From: Dehalococcoidia bacterium
GTDB taxonomy: Bacteria; Chloroflexota; Dehalococcoidia; Lucifugimonadales; UBA3495
Direction of reading: 5' to 3'
Length of the DNA stretch: 64,000 nt
NCBI GenBank assembly: GCA_965221295.1
Contig: OZ244879.1
Location: 877,678-941,677, forward strand
The position numbers were made by a program, and so were the translations under genes. Positions 30,044-39,136 of this stretch are shown here, in pieces. The notes under the pieces were generated by a model, which did not search any database, was not told where the DNA came from, and saw only the letters and a list, made by a program, of their open reading frames with translations. How positions within the stretch are numbered: position 1 is the stretch's first letter; each line of letters starts with the position of its first letter.

Positions 30044-30329
30044 CACGGCGGCGATTCTATCACAGCGGCATTTTTTCAAACAACGACCAATCGTCACCAT
30101 ATCGCGGTTTATGGAAAAACCCTTGGCCGCCCGCCAATTTTGAGAGGGGCGACCAACTGGCGTCGCCGACGCCCGACACGACCAGGGCAGCAGGGGAATC
30201 TCGTCGGCCGCAGCGAACCACTCTTCGCCCGCCGGAAGCCGTTCGCGCCGCAGCGTGTTTGCGGCGATGCTTCCGCCGATGGCGAAGAGGGCAGTCGCTT
30301 TCCGGTCAGGTGGATTTCTGGCCGGGGGC

Positions 30330-30367
30330 GTAACAACTTTGTAACAGTTCCGTCATTTGTACGTAAC
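30330..30367 (+). promoter_or_regulatory. Four 11-bp-phased GTAAC-like boxes (GlnR/OmpR-type operator) upstream of amt
   Basis: GTAAC-aacttt-GTAAC-agttcc-GTCAT-ttgtac-GTAAC. Confidence 0.65.
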
Positions 30368-30515
30368 ACGGGAAATCTACGCTGCCTGCGTACCATGCGC
30401 CTTCGCCATCATGGCGATACGCGCCGCCGACGGCAAGGCCATCCGCCTTCGAGCGGACCGCGGCGGCGGGACGATAGGGGCGCATGACAGTCAACGTCAG
30501 TGAGGAGCTAACTGT

Positions 30516-31736
30516 ATGGAGTTCACCGAACTGGAAGTACTGACCTTCCTGATTTCGTCGGCGCTGGTGTTCATCATGGTGCCCGGCCTAGCCCTGTTCT
30601 ATGGAGGCCTGGTGCGCCACAAGAACGTCATCGGAACGATGATGCACTCGATTGCGGCCATTGGCGTGGTGAGCGTCATTTGGGCGCTGTGGGGTTACAG
30701 CTTGGCGTTCGGCAACAGCGTGGGGAACCTGGGGTTCGTCGGAGACCTGACGAAGTTCGGCATGGTGGGCGTGCTGCCCGACGAGCAGGCGTTCATGGTG
30801 TTCCAGGGCATGTTCGCCATCATCACCGTGGCGCTGATCGCCGGCGGGTTTGCCGAACGGTTCAAGTTTTCATCGTACCTGGTATTCGCTGGGTTGTGGG
30901 TAACCATCGTGTACGCTCCCTTGTGCCATTGGGTTTGGGGCGGCGGTTGGTTGGGCAATTTGGGCAGTTTGCTGGGCATGAGCGAAGCGGGTTTTGCCCT
31001 GGACTTCGCCGGCGGCACGGTGGTCCACATCGCATCAGGAGCGGCGGCGTTGGCGGCGGCGTTTATCGTCGGCCGTCGGTTCGGTTTCGGGTCCGCAACG
31101 TTGACCCCGGACAACGTGCCGCTGGTGTTGTTGGGAGCGGGGCTGCTGTGGTTCGGCTGGTTCGGATTCAACGCCGGCAGCAGTTTCAACCTTTCCAGCT
31201 ACGACGCGGCCAACGCCTTCGTGGTGACCAACGTCGCGGCGGCCACCGCGATGTCGTCCTGGTCGTTCGTGTCCTGGTTCTTCTCGCATCGCCCGTCGGC
31301 CAGCGGCGCCGCGGCAGGAGCCGTGGCCGGCCTGGTGGCGATCACGCCGGCGGCGGGATTCGTGGGCGTGATGCCGGCCATGGTCATCGGCGCCGGAGCC
31401 GGTGCGGCGTGCTTCATGGCGGTTGAACTGGTCCACAAGCTGCGAATTGATGATTCGCTGGACGTTTTCGGCATCCACGGCGTGGGTGGAATGTGGGGCG
31501 CCCTGGCGACGGGGTTGTTCGTTGGCATCGGTTTCGGCGCTCTGGACGCCGACGTTTCGCGCATCGAGCAAGTTCTGTACCAAGTGATCGGCATCGGCGC
31601 GGCGTTCGCCTGGTCGTTCGTCGTGTCCAGCGTCATCTTGCTGGCCCTGAAATTCACCATCGGCCTGCGCGTCAACGACATCGAAGAAGAAGTTGGCCTT
31701 GACCTGAGCCAGCACGGCGAAGGGATGAACCAGTAG
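30516..31736 (+). CDS. amtB: Ammonium transporter
   Basis: MVPGLALFYGG, DFAGGTVVH, LLWFGWFGFNAGS, DDSLDVFGIHG. Confidence 0.95.
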   Translation: MEFTELEVLTFLISSALVFIMVPGLALFYGGLVRHKNVIGTMMHSIAAIGVVSVIWALWGYSLAFGNSVGNLGFVGDLTKFGMVGVLPDEQAFMVFQGMFAIITVALIAGGFAERFKFSSYLVFAGLWVTIVYAPLCHWVWGGGWLGNLGSLLGMSEAGFALDFAGGTVVHIASGAAALAAAFIVGRRFGFGSATLTPDNVPLVLLGAGLLWFGWFGFNAGSSFNLSSYDAANAFVVTNVAAATAMSSWSFVSWFFSHRPSASGAAAGAVAGLVAITPAAGFVGVMPAMVIGAGAGAACFMAVELVHKLRIDDSLDVFGIHGVGGMWGALATGLFVGIGFGALDADVSRIEQVLYQVIGIGAAFAWSFVVSSVILLALKFTIGLRVNDIEEEVGLDLSQHGEGMNQ

Positions 31737-32216
31737 CCGCGAACAACGATTATGGCGCCGCTCATGCAACATAAACCGGGAGCCTGATGCGGCGCTACAT
31801 GTTCGATGGGTCCCTCGGCTATGCCACGCTGTCCACAGCCCGCCGGCGCAATGCCGGCGGGCTGCCTTCCCTCACGGCGGCCGCTCGGGTCATCGCCGTT
31901 CCCTCGGCCAACGGCTGCAACCGGCTGGCTGATGGCGTTGAGGCGTCGGTGAAGCTGGAGCGCTCGCTGGGCACCTGGGCGGCGGGCTCGCGTCCACCCC
32001 TACACGTCCAGCCCGTGGGCCCTTCCACTGGAATATTGCGCGCCCCACCGAGCCTTGGCGTTGCAACGCCTTGGAGCCGGACACGTGGCTCTCACGAGGC
32101 GCGGCACCATATCCGACGACGAGCCATGGGGCGACGGGAGAGACCCGCCCCGGCTGATACAATGTTGCCGAAAAAACCCGGAGGCATCGGCGAAGCGCTC
32201 CAACAGGAGATCACCC

Positions 32217-33557
32217 TTGTTCACTGATCATCATGCTGCTGAACGTGAGTACGTGCTGCGAAGCGCCCGCGATTTCGACGTCAAGTTCATTCGCCTGTGG
32301 TTCACGGACATACTGGGCAACCTGAAGGGGTTTGCCATCACGGTGGATGACCTGGAAGACGCTTTGGAACTGGGAGTGGGATTCGACGGCGCCGCCATCG
32401 ACGGTTTCACCACCGACGAGGAGAGCGACCTGCGCGCCTTCCCCGACCCCACCACCTTCGCGCTGCTGCCCTGGAGGCCGCGCCAGAACGCCGTGGCCCG
32501 CATCTTCTGCGACATTCGCACGCCCCGGGGCGAGCCGTTCGTAGGCGACCCGCGCCAGGCTCTCAAACGCAACCTGGAACGGTTGGCGAGTTTGGGCTAC
32601 ATCTACTACGTGGGGCCGGAGCTGGAATATTTCTACCTGCGCGACCCCGAATCGCCCGAACCGTTGGACACCTATGGCTACTACGACCAGCTGTCCAGCA
32701 ACCCAGCCTCCGACCTGCGCCGGGATACCGTCCTCAACCTGGCCGAAATGGGCATCCCCGTGAAATACTCCCACCACGAAGGCGCCCCCAGCCAGCACGA
32801 AATCGACCTGCAATACACCGACGCTCTGACCATGGCCGACAACGTGATGACGGCCCGGTTGGTGATCAAGGAGCTGGCCCAGCAGCAGAACGTGTACGCC
32901 TCCTTCATGCCCAAACCGTTCCGCACCCGAAACGGCAGCGGAATGCACACCCATCAATCGCTGTTTCGCGGCAACTCCAACGCCTTCTACGACGCCGACG
33001 ACGACCTGCGCCTTTCGCTCACTGGCAAGCGCTTCATCGCCGGGTTGCTGCGGCACTCGCCCGAAATAACGTTGGTGACCAACCAGTGGGTGAATTCCTA
33101 CAAGCGTCTGGTGCCAGGTTACGAGGCTCCCGTGCACGTCTCGTGGACGGTGTCGAACCGCCTGGGCCTGATCCGGGTGCCGTCCTACAAGTCCGGTTAT
33201 GAAACATCATTGCGGGTGGAATACCGCGCTCCCGACTCGGCCTGCAATCCCTACCTGGCCTTCAGCGCGTTGCTGGCGGCGGGACTGAAGGGCATAGAGG
33301 AGGAATACCCACTGCCATCGCCGGAGACATCCGACGTGGCGAGGATGGATCCCGAAGAACGCGCGGCCAAAGGCATCGCGCGGTTGCCAACCAACCTGGG
33401 CGAAGCCATCGGCTTGGCCGAGCGGAGTTCCCTGCTGCGCGAGACGCTGGGCGATTTCGTGCACGAAACGCTGATCCGCAACAAGAAGAAGGAATGGGAA
33501 GAGTACAGCTCTGCGGTTACCGATTACGAAATATCGCGTTACCTGCCGTTGCTGTGA
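32217..33557 (+). CDS. glnA: Glutamine synthetase type I family
   Basis: FIRLWFTDILG, GPELEYF, HHEGAPSQHEI, FMPKP...NGSGMH, NSYKRLVPGYEAP, EYRAPD; TTG start after CAGGAG. Confidence 0.95.
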   Translation: MFTDHHAAEREYVLRSARDFDVKFIRLWFTDILGNLKGFAITVDDLEDALELGVGFDGAAIDGFTTDEESDLRAFPDPTTFALLPWRPRQNAVARIFCDIRTPRGEPFVGDPRQALKRNLERLASLGYIYYVGPELEYFYLRDPESPEPLDTYGYYDQLSSNPASDLRRDTVLNLAEMGIPVKYSHHEGAPSQHEIDLQYTDALTMADNVMTARLVIKELAQQQNVYASFMPKPFRTRNGSGMHTHQSLFRGNSNAFYDADDDLRLSLTGKRFIAGLLRHSPEITLVTNQWVNSYKRLVPGYEAPVHVSWTVSNRLGLIRVPSYKSGYETSLRVEYRAPDSACNPYLAFSALLAAGLKGIEEEYPLPSPETSDVARMDPEERAAKGIARLPTNLGEAIGLAERSSLLRETLGDFVHETLIRNKKKEWEEYSSAVTDYEISRYLPLL

Positions 33558-33601
33558 AACCGGGCGTCAATTCGGTCGAACCGGCAGAGGTGCGAGAAGC
33601 C

Positions 33602-34411
33602 ATGCAATTTTCTGGAAAACTGGTCATCATCGCCGCCCTTGCGGTAACGGCGCTTCTGGTCAGCAACATCATCGCCATTAAGCCGGTGTCCCTCTTCACC
33701 CTGCCGTTCAACTTCATCGGGAGCGAACTGTTCGTGGTGTCGGCCGCCATCATTTGCTTCCCAGTCGGCTACATCATCAGCGATATATTGACCGAAGTTT
33801 ACGGATTCCGCGTGGCACGTGGGGTCATCTGGCTCGGCTTCGTGTGCAACGTGCTGATGGTATTCCTGTTTTGGGTGGGTGATTTGATCCCGGGCGCGGT
33901 GTTCTGGCCAGCCGACCCGGTGGTGATCTCCGATGACGCCGGCAACGTGGTGGCCAATCTGCCCAGCGAGCACGCCTACGAGGCAATCCTCGGCGCCACG
34001 GGCTGGATCCTGCTGGGCTCGTTCGTCGCCTACATCGTGGGCGAATTCACCAACGCCGTGGTGATGGTGCTGTTGAAGAACCGCACCCAGGGCCGCATGT
34101 TGTGGCTCCGCACCATATCCTCCACCGTGGTGGGCCAGGGCATAGACTCGTTGCTGTTCTTCACCATAGCCTTCGGTTTCTCGGGCCTTTGGATTGGTGA
34201 GAATGGGTCGTGGCTGCCGGTGTTCAACGCCGCGGCGTGCGCCTGGATCGCCAAGTCCGTTTATGAAGTGATCGCCACGCCGCTGACCTACCTGGTGGTG
34301 GGCTGGCTGAAGCGCACGGAGCGGATGGACGTGTACGACGCCCCCAGGTCGCTCAACCCGTTCGGCGTGTTTGGCGACGCGCCGGCCGCCGCCTCCGCAA
34401 ACCGAGCCTGA
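33602..34411 (+). CDS. Queuosine precursor transporter (YhhQ/VUT family)
   Basis: SNIIAIK, DILTEVYG, GSFVAYIVGEF, LWLRTISSTVVGQGIDS. Confidence 0.88.
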   Translation: MQFSGKLVIIAALAVTALLVSNIIAIKPVSLFTLPFNFIGSELFVVSAAIICFPVGYIISDILTEVYGFRVARGVIWLGFVCNVLMVFLFWVGDLIPGAVFWPADPVVISDDAGNVVANLPSEHAYEAILGATGWILLGSFVAYIVGEFTNAVVMVLLKNRTQGRMLWLRTISSTVVGQGIDSLLFFTIAFGFSGLWIGENGSWLPVFNAAACAWIAKSVYEVIATPLTYLVVGWLKRTERMDVYDAPRSLNPFGVFGDAPAAASANRA

Positions 34412-34430
34412 CGTCGCGGCGCAAGTCAGC

Positions 34431-34688
34431 ATGGCCCAGCAGAACCCTGACCACGGAAACGCGCCGGACGGCGAGCATGATGGTCGCGCCCATGAGCATA
34501 GCCCCCATAAGCACGGCCAACGCGATCATCGCCACGAGGACCGCCCGAACCTCCGGGCCCTGGTAGGCAACCTGACCGGCGCCGGGCAGCCCTGGCCGAA
34601 GGTGGTGGTGGCGGTCGCGTCCAACTCCCTGCGCAAGATCTTGTCAATGCGCGGCTGTTGCGGCAACCATGGCCAGCCGGGGTGTTGA
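34431..34688 (+). CDS. Small His-rich protein with C-terminal GCCGNHGQPGC motif
   Basis: Starts 20 bp after the transporter on the same strand; His/Asp-rich N-terminus and Cys-rich C-terminus. Confidence 0.7.
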   Translation: MAQQNPDHGNAPDGEHDGRAHEHSPHKHGQRDHRHEDRPNLRALVGNLTGAGQPWPKVVVAVASNSLRKILSMRGCCGNHGQPGC

Positions 34689-34934
34689 CGGCGCTGAGCG
34701 ACGCCGGCGTGCCCGGCCATCCAGTTCCCGTTCCGCGCCAAACCCTTCCATCATCACGGTCATTGTCCATCGAGCGCGTCGACGGGATCATCTACCATCA
34801 AGATCGTCGGCGCGGCTCGTGAGCATGCGACATGGCGGGCGTTTCATGCGAAGGGGGTCAGGCATGGCCCGTGTGCCCGGCTTAGTGGGCGCTACAATGG
34901 GCGCTGCCAAACTCGAACAGTAGGAGCCAAAGTT

Positions 34935-35642
34935 ATGCGCGCCGAACAACGCAGGGTAGCCGGCGACGGCCTCCACTACCTGGCGATATTTCCCGACGAC
35001 TACGATGCCGAGGCGGATTACCCGGTGGTGGCCATGCTCCACGGGTTTGGCGCCAACATGCAGGACCTGGCCGGGCTGGCGCCGTCCATCAACCGCAAGG
35101 GCTACGTGTACGTGTGCCCCAACGCGCCAATACCCTTCGAGCTGGCGCCGGGCACGGTTGGCTACGGTTGGCATCCGCCCCGGGGCCAGGCCACCGACGA
35201 GCACTTTGAGCAGGCCGAGTCATTGCTGGGCGCCTTCTTCGATGAGACGCTGGCCGAGTTTCGCGCCGGAGATGGCCGGACCGTTCTGCTGGGCTTCTCC
35301 CAGGGCGGCGGCATGACCTACCGCATGGGCCTGGGCCGGCCGGATCGTTTCGCGGCCCTGGTGGCGCTCAGCGCGTCGTTGCCCGATCCAGAGGTTCTGC
35401 GGCCCCGCCTGCCGGACCACCGCGACCAGCCGGTGTTCGTCGCACACGGCCGGTACGACCAGATGGTGTCCATGGAGAGCGCGCGGCGCACGCGGGAGTT
35501 CCTGCTGGCGGAGAACTACAATCTCGCGTACCACGAGTACGACATGGGCCACGAAATCCCCGTGGAGGTTCTGCGGGACATGACGCCCTGGATCGAATCC
35601 ATTCTACCCCCGCTGGTAGCAGAAACCGACCGAATCTACTGA
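34935..35642 (+). CDS. Phospholipase/carboxylesterase-type alpha/beta hydrolase
   Basis: MLHGFG, GFSQGG, HGRYDQMV, MGHEI; TAGGAG RBS. Confidence 0.9.
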   Translation: MRAEQRRVAGDGLHYLAIFPDDYDAEADYPVVAMLHGFGANMQDLAGLAPSINRKGYVYVCPNAPIPFELAPGTVGYGWHPPRGQATDEHFEQAESLLGAFFDETLAEFRAGDGRTVLLGFSQGGGMTYRMGLGRPDRFAALVALSASLPDPEVLRPRLPDHRDQPVFVAHGRYDQMVSMESARRTREFLLAENYNLAYHEYDMGHEIPVEVLRDMTPWIESILPPLVAETDRIY

Positions 35643-35774
35643 GCCGGCGTGGGTTCGCAAGGATGGGCCGACAGGCCAGAGGGGGATTGAAGTTGTCGCC
35701 TGCGGAAAAGCACGGTTCGCGCTGGGTCGCCGATGAATTGGGGCTGCCGCCAATCGTTACTGGGAGATTTACTG

Positions 35775-37205
35775 ATGGCTAACCCGCAGCATATCCAATG
35801 GTTGTTAGAAGGCGTTGAGGCTTGGAACAAGCGCCGCATGGACCGCTTTTTTGATCCTGAGTTGTGGTTCACCCCCGACTTCAGCGAGGCGGATCTCCCC
35901 GGTGAACCGCTGTCCGGCGCTCTGTTGGATTACTCCAATTTCACTGGCGCAGCGCTATGGCGCACTAACCTCACCGGCGCTAACCTCATCCACGCTAACC
36001 TCACCCGCGCTAACCTTACCGGCGCCGACCTTACGGACGCTAACCTTACGGACGCTACCCTGACCGACGCTACCCTGACCGCTGCTGCCCTGACCGGCGC
36101 AAACCTTACCCGTGCAGATCTGACTCGCGTTTGGCTATCGCGCGCAGTCCTCTCTAAGGCAAACCTAAGAGGCGCAGTCCTCAATGATACGGATCTGGTC
36201 GGTGTAGATCTGAAAAACGTTAATCTCATGCAGAGCCAACCCTGGGAAGCGAAGATCTTTCCTAGGCCGACTGATGAAACGGTATCTCCGCTACGGTTTA
36301 AGGACGTGTGCAAAACCGTAAAAACCATAGGTCAATTGCTCGAAATCATCCGGGCCATCAAAGCGCGCTACGAGACGCACCGGAAAGATTTGATCTACTT
36401 TTTTCGCGGGGAATCACAACGTGGGTGGCCTCTTATCCCGTCGCTGGTACGCGGTGGTGCGCTGCAACGCTACGAACAACGCATGCTGCTCGACCTCCTA
36501 ACCCGTCGCCCCGAGGACTTTAGCGGCGCGGAGACGGCGCTATCCCGTTGGGTGCTCGCTCGGCACCACGGGTTGAAGACTCGTTTTCTCGACATTACGA
36601 GCAATCCCTTGGTCGCCATGTTCCACGCCTGCGAAGAAAAGGAAGAAAAGGCAGATGCCAAAAACCCAAAGGCAGATGCTCGCTTGCATGTGTTTGCAGT
36701 GCCCAGCTCGTTGGTGAAACCCTACACAAGCGACGTAATCAGCGTCATTGCCAACTTCGCGAGGTTAGATCGTTATCACCAACAGGTTTTGCTTGGTGAG
36801 CAGAATCTGGTGGGCGAGAAAAGAACCGTCAGAACGAGCGACCATGAATTCGCCAAGCTCAGGCTTTACCAGTTCATCAAACAGGAGAAGCCGTATTTTG
36901 AAGAGCGTATAGATCCTAGAGATTTCTACCGAGTGTTTGTGGTGGAGCCCCAACAGACATCGGAGCGCATTCGCGCGCAATCCGGGGCGTTCCTGGTTTC
37001 CGCGTTCCACACACGATTTGAACAACAAGAAATCTTGAAGTGGAACGATGACATCCCGGTTTATGCCCATTATCAACTGACGATACCTGCGGGCAAGAAA
37101 ACCCAAATCATCGAAGACTTGCAAATCGCCGGCATTACACGTGAATCCTTGTTCCCCGGACTTGATGAGACAACCAAAGCCATCACGGAACGCTACGAAA
37201 TGTAA
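35775..37205 (+). CDS. Pentapeptide-repeat / FRG-domain fusion protein
   Basis: A(N/D)LTG-type pentapeptides at the N-terminus; FRG-domain motifs YFFRGES, PSL, ARHHGLKTRFLDITSNPLVAMFHAC, RIRAQSGAF, GITRESLFP. Confidence 0.85.
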   Translation: MANPQHIQWLLEGVEAWNKRRMDRFFDPELWFTPDFSEADLPGEPLSGALLDYSNFTGAALWRTNLTGANLIHANLTRANLTGADLTDANLTDATLTDATLTAAALTGANLTRADLTRVWLSRAVLSKANLRGAVLNDTDLVGVDLKNVNLMQSQPWEAKIFPRPTDETVSPLRFKDVCKTVKTIGQLLEIIRAIKARYETHRKDLIYFFRGESQRGWPLIPSLVRGGALQRYEQRMLLDLLTRRPEDFSGAETALSRWVLARHHGLKTRFLDITSNPLVAMFHACEEKEEKADAKNPKADARLHVFAVPSSLVKPYTSDVISVIANFARLDRYHQQVLLGEQNLVGEKRTVRTSDHEFAKLRLYQFIKQEKPYFEERIDPRDFYRVFVVEPQQTSERIRAQSGAFLVSAFHTRFEQQEILKWNDDIPVYAHYQLTIPAGKKTQIIEDLQIAGITRESLFPGLDETTKAITERYEM

Positions 37206-37344
37206 GCGGCACAAGTTTGATGCGGCCCGGCCCAAGAGTTGGCTCGCCTAGACTTGAGAGTACGGGACCCAAAGTCGCAGCCTATCTATCCCGCAAAATC
37301 CATGCAACCCCGCATTAATCGCTGAGAGTCCAAGGAGAACCGTT

Positions 37345-38268
37345 ATGAAAGCCACTGCTAAGTTGCGCCAGATGTTGGCGTCCGACCGGATGGTCGTCGC
37401 CCCGTTCGTCCTCAACGCCCTGCACGCCCGCATCGCCGCGGACGTGGGACACCAGGCCGTGTACATGACCGGCGCCGGAACCGCCGCCGAAAAAGGGTTC
37501 CCCGACGTGGGTCTGCTGACCATGACCGAGATGGTCGCCAACGCCAAGTACATCGCCGACGCCGTGGACATCCCGGTCATCTGCGACGCTGACACGGGTT
37601 ACGGCAACCCGTTGAACGTGGGCCGCACGGTTCGCGAGTACGAGGCGGCCGGCGTTGCCGCCATCCACCTGGAAGACCAGGTGTTTCCCAAGAAGTGCGG
37701 ATTCTTCGCCGGCAAGCAGGTCGTCTCCGTTGCGGAACACGTGCAGAAGATTCACGCCGCCCTCGACGCCCGCTCCGACCCCGATTTCGTCATCATCGCC
37801 CGCTGCGACGCCTACGCCGTCACCGGCTGGGAGGACACCGTGGCGCGGTGCCGCGCCTACGTGGACGCCGGCGCCGACCTGGTGTTCGTGGATGGCATAA
37901 AGTCCCAGGACGACATCCAGCGCTACGCCCGGGATCTGGCCGACGTGCCGCGCATGTACAACGGCGACCTGGCCACGACGCGGACCATGGACGAACTCGG
38001 CTACAAGATCATGATCTGCGGCAGCACCATCTGGCTCATCTACAAGCAGGTGCGCGCCGCCTACGAAGAGTTGATGCATGACGGCATGGTCAACCCCGAC
38101 CGCTACGGCACCCGCTGGGACGTGGCCTCGGTACTGGGCCTCGACGCCATCTACGAACTGGAAAAGAAGTACGGAGTTCAGGACGTGGGGACTGACGTGG
38201 CAGCCCTGGCGGCCGCCCAGGCCGCGCAGATGGCCGCCGACGCCGCGCCGGTGACCGCGGGCGACTGA
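37345..38268 (+). CDS. Isocitrate lyase/PEP mutase family enzyme (PrpB/carboxyPEP mutase-like)
   Basis: CDADTGYGNPLNV, HLEDQVFPKKCG, IIARCDA. Confidence 0.9.
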   Translation: MKATAKLRQMLASDRMVVAPFVLNALHARIAADVGHQAVYMTGAGTAAEKGFPDVGLLTMTEMVANAKYIADAVDIPVICDADTGYGNPLNVGRTVREYEAAGVAAIHLEDQVFPKKCGFFAGKQVVSVAEHVQKIHAALDARSDPDFVIIARCDAYAVTGWEDTVARCRAYVDAGADLVFVDGIKSQDDIQRYARDLADVPRMYNGDLATTRTMDELGYKIMICGSTIWLIYKQVRAAYEELMHDGMVNPDRYGTRWDVASVLGLDAIYELEKKYGVQDVGTDVAALAAAQAAQMAADAAPVTAGD

Positions 38269-38352
38269 TCCACTGGAACTAGAGGTCGGCTGGGACCAAT
38301 AGTCCGGTGCGACGACTGGTCCGCAGGTACGACTGATCCTGGAGACGATGAC

Positions 38353-38727
38353 ATGGGCGACCGCTACCAACTGCTCTACGATGGCGACTGTCCCCTGTGC
38401 AGCCGGGAGGTTCTGGCTCTGCGCCGACGGGCTCCCGATGTCATAGAAGCGGTGGACATCATGGCGGCTGACTTTGACCCTGCCGCCTACGGCCTCGACG
38501 CGCGGCAGGCCCGGGCAGCGTTGTACGGAGTAAAGCCCGACGGCACGCTGACCGTGGGCATGGCCAGCCTGAGGGAAGCTTACCGCCTGGCGGGCTTGGG
38601 TTGGCTGATCGCATGGACGGGTTGGTGGCCGGCGCGTCCAGTATGCGACGGGTTCTACCGCTGGTTCGCCCGAAACCGAATGCGCATCAGCCGCGCCCTG
38701 GGCCGGCGGGACGAGTGCGGGGTTTAG
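38353..38727 (+). CDS. DCC1-like thiol-disulfide oxidoreductase (DUF393)
   Basis: LLYDGDCPLC and FYRWFARNR motifs. Confidence 0.88.
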   Translation: MGDRYQLLYDGDCPLCSREVLALRRRAPDVIEAVDIMAADFDPAAYGLDARQARAALYGVKPDGTLTVGMASLREAYRLAGLGWLIAWTGWWPARPVCDGFYRWFARNRMRISRALGRRDECGV

Positions 38728-38962
38728 GTGTACCCAAGCAGGCGACGCATAAAGAAAACCGGGACGCGTTCGGCGCGTTGGCGCCGCAACCGTCCCGGGT
38801 GGGGTTGACGACCTGGCGATGAGCCTAAACGCGCCAACCTCCTGACACGAGCGGTGGATGTAACGTTGGGACATTCCGCCCACCGCTGGCTACATTATAC
38901 GCAAATGATACTGACAAGGATACTGACCCATCACGCTCCTGTCTGTTGGCTGTTGAAGAGCT

Positions 38963-39064
38963 GCAAAAGAAAAACCGGGGCGTACTCAGTTGGCATTGCC
39001 AACCGCAGCCGTCCCGGTATCCAGGCGCAAGGTGTAGCATTCGCGGAACGCTCCGTCCGGCGCA
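38963..39064 (-). ncRNA. Candidate ~100-nt structured small RNA divergent from the DUF3800 gene
   Basis: Own promoter TTGACA-N17-TAGCAT (39099-39071); nested stem ACCGGG...CCCGGT enclosing GTTGGC-AAT-GCCAAC, followed by TTTTTCTTTT on the minus strand. Confidence 0.5.
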
Positions 39065-39070
39065 ACTAAT

Positions 39071-39099
39071 ATGCTAAGGCTCCTGGCAAAACTTGTCAA
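39071..39099 (-). promoter_or_regulatory. sigma70 promoter pointing away from the DUF3800 gene
   Basis: Minus strand TTGACA (39099-39094), 17-nt spacer, TAGCAT (39076-39071). Confidence 0.6.
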
Positions 39100-39136
39100 C
39101 CCTGACCGCATGCGAATTCAAGGGAGATTATCGACA

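Noticed and set aside
31740..32210. Riboswitch in the amt-glnA spacer
   Set aside because: A GCTGATG segment recalls the fluoride riboswitch, but the required upstream GGCGATG..GTTCGCC element is not there; no other motif was recognisable by eye.
35930..36220. DNA-level tandem repeat element
   Set aside because: Explained by the pentapeptide-repeat coding sequence, so it was not counted among the 15-bp duplications.
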